A DNA stretch of 20,000 bases from Chiloscyllium plagiosum (Eukaryota). The translations under genes were made by a program, and so were the position numbers. Positions 18,658-20,000 of the stretch are shown here, in pieces; positions within the stretch are counted from its first letter, which is position 1, and each line of letters opens with the position of its first letter. The notes under the pieces are model-generated. The model ran no database searches, had not been told where the DNA came from, and saw only the letters and a list, made by a program, of their open reading frames with translations. The stretch is taken from the NCBI RefSeq assembly GCF_004010195.1, contig NC_057719.1:87174284-87194283 (forward strand), in the 5' to 3' direction.

Positions 18658-19417
18658 TATGGTTGAATTTCTAAAGGTGGTGGTCAGGTGTGTAGATGAG
18701 GGTAACACAGTTGATGTACTTTATGTGGATTGCAGCAAAACCTTTGACAATGGAGACTAAAAAAGGATGTAAACGCAAATGGGATCCAGGGTAACTTGAC
18801 AGGTGGATCCTAAATTGCTTCAGTGGTGGGAGACAGAGGGTAGAAGGCTGTTTGTGTGGAGGCAGGTGTCCAAAGGCACACCACAGGGATCAGTGCTGGG
18901 TCCCTTTTTGTTCGTGATCTATAGAAATTATATCAATGAAAGTGTTTGTGTGATTGCAGGGAGTCAGAGAGAAAGAGATAATAAGTGAATTTGTGGATGA
19001 CCCAAAGGCCAATCGTGAGGCAGAAGGTGTCAGGTAATTGGAAGATATAAATGGGTTGGTCAGATGGGCAGATCATTGGCAAATGGAATTTAACCTGATA
19101 GTTCGGAGATAACGTACTTTGGAAGAGGAGTCTAGACAAGGGAGTACTTAATGAACGGCAGGACATTCCTAAGCTCTGAGGAACAGAGGGATCTGGAGGT
19201 GCTTGTCCCTGAAGGCAGCAGGACAGGTTAATCGGGGAGTGAAGGCGGCATAGAGGGTGCCTTCTTTATCAGCCGTTGCATGGATTACATGAGCAGGGAG
19301 GTCATGTCGGATCTATACAAGACTTTGGAGAGGCCACAGCTGGAGTACTGTGTGCAGTTTTGGTCTCCGTGCTGTTGGAAGGATGTGACTGTACTAGAGT
19401 GGGTGCAGAGGAGATAC

Positions 19418-19591
19418 TAGGAGAAAGTGAGGACTGCAGATGCTGGAGGTCAGAGCTGAAAAATGTGTTGCTGGAAAAGCGCAGCAGGTCAGGCAGCATC
19501 CAAGGAACAAGAGAATCGATGTTTTGGGCATAAGCCCTTCTTCAGGATGCTGCCTGACCTGCTGCGCTTTTCCAGCAACACATTTTTCAGC
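19418..19591. mobile_element. Penelope-like family A hairpin insertion with 13-bp TSD
   Basis: TSD gcagaggagatac at 19405-19417 and 19590-19602. Perfect 47-bp inverted repeat at 19455-19501 / 19545-19591. The loop carries a decayed hammerhead on the minus strand (CUGAAGA…GCCC-AAAA-CAUC). Confidence 0.88.
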
Positions 19592-19666
19592 AGAGGAGAT
19601 ACACCAGAATGTTGCCTGGGATAGTGTGGTTTAGCTATGAAGGCTGGTTAAACTCAGGTTGTTTTC

Positions 19667-20000
19667 TAGGTGAAAGTGAGGACTGCAGATGCTGGAGATT
19701 AGAGTCAAGATTAGAGTGGCGCTGGAAAAGCACAGCAGGTAAGCCAGCATCCGAGGAGCAGGGAAATCAACGTTTCGGGCAGAGGCCCTTCATCAGGAAT
19801 GAGGCTGGAAGCCTCTGGGATAGAGAGATAAATGGGAGGGGGTGGGGCTAGGGAGAAGGTAGCTAAGAGTACAATAGGTGGATGGAGGTGGGGGTAAAGG
19901 TAATAGGCAGGAGGGTGGAACGGATAAGTGGGAAGGAAGATTGGCAGGTAGGACAGGTCATGAGGATGGTGCTGAGCTGGAAGTTTGGAACTGGGGTAAG
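19667..20000 (-). mobile_element. Longer Penelope-like family A copy (terminal repeat plus pyrimidine-rich upstream region), runs off the window
   Basis: The family A terminus gaaagtgaggactgcagatgctggag…cccttcatcaggaat continues into a plus-strand purine-rich tract instead of inverting. Confidence 0.75.
19765..19800 (-). ncRNA. Minimal hammerhead ribozyme motif, intact core, GUU triplet
   Basis: Minus strand reads AUUC-CUGAUGA-A-GGGC-CUCU-GCCC-GAAA-CG-UU^GAUU. Confidence 0.6.

Larger units (their letters stand above)
17290..19666 (+). mobile_element. Long decayed CR1 ORF2 (endonuclease end through RT), with nested SINE and Penelope-like inserts
   Basis: Motifs appear in the expected order: GEHFSDSEHN, ENPKIFY, LNECF…[65 protein letters not shown]. 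Many stops and frameshifts. Confidence 0.88.

Noticed and set aside
17290..19666. Active reverse transcriptase gene
   Set aside because: Numerous stops, frameshifts, deletions and nested insertions; this is a fossil CR1.

Overview
This is vertebrate genomic DNA, almost certainly from a shark: the HE1 V-SINEs with (TAATC)n tails, SacSINE1-like DeuSINEs and a 69-bp satellite point that way, and a carpet/bamboo-shark lineage is my inference. Most of the window is decayed retroelement sequence (CR1, L2-like, Rex1/Babar, Tx1/L1, SINEs), plus one Tc1/mariner-type MITE and a minisatellite. The only host gene is the terminal coding exon and 3' UTR of a CHAC1-type glutathione gamma-glutamylcyclotransferase on the minus strand (CDS 15434-15823, AATAAA at 15077-15082); its upstream exons appear to lie beyond the right edge. 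Two observations stand out. (1) About ten short Penelope-like elements from 3-4 families are present, many folded as head-to-head hairpins with 8-14 bp target-site duplications. They carry minimal hammerhead-ribozyme motifs with covarying palindromic stem III (ACGU vs AGCU); the two intact cores are on the CHAC1 sense strand. (2) An HE1 SINE appears to have inserted into the CHAC1 branch-point region, and its own tail supplies a replacement CTAAT branch point at -25. Repeat family names come from recognition, not a database search, and repeat boundaries are approximate unless a TSD or TIR is given.
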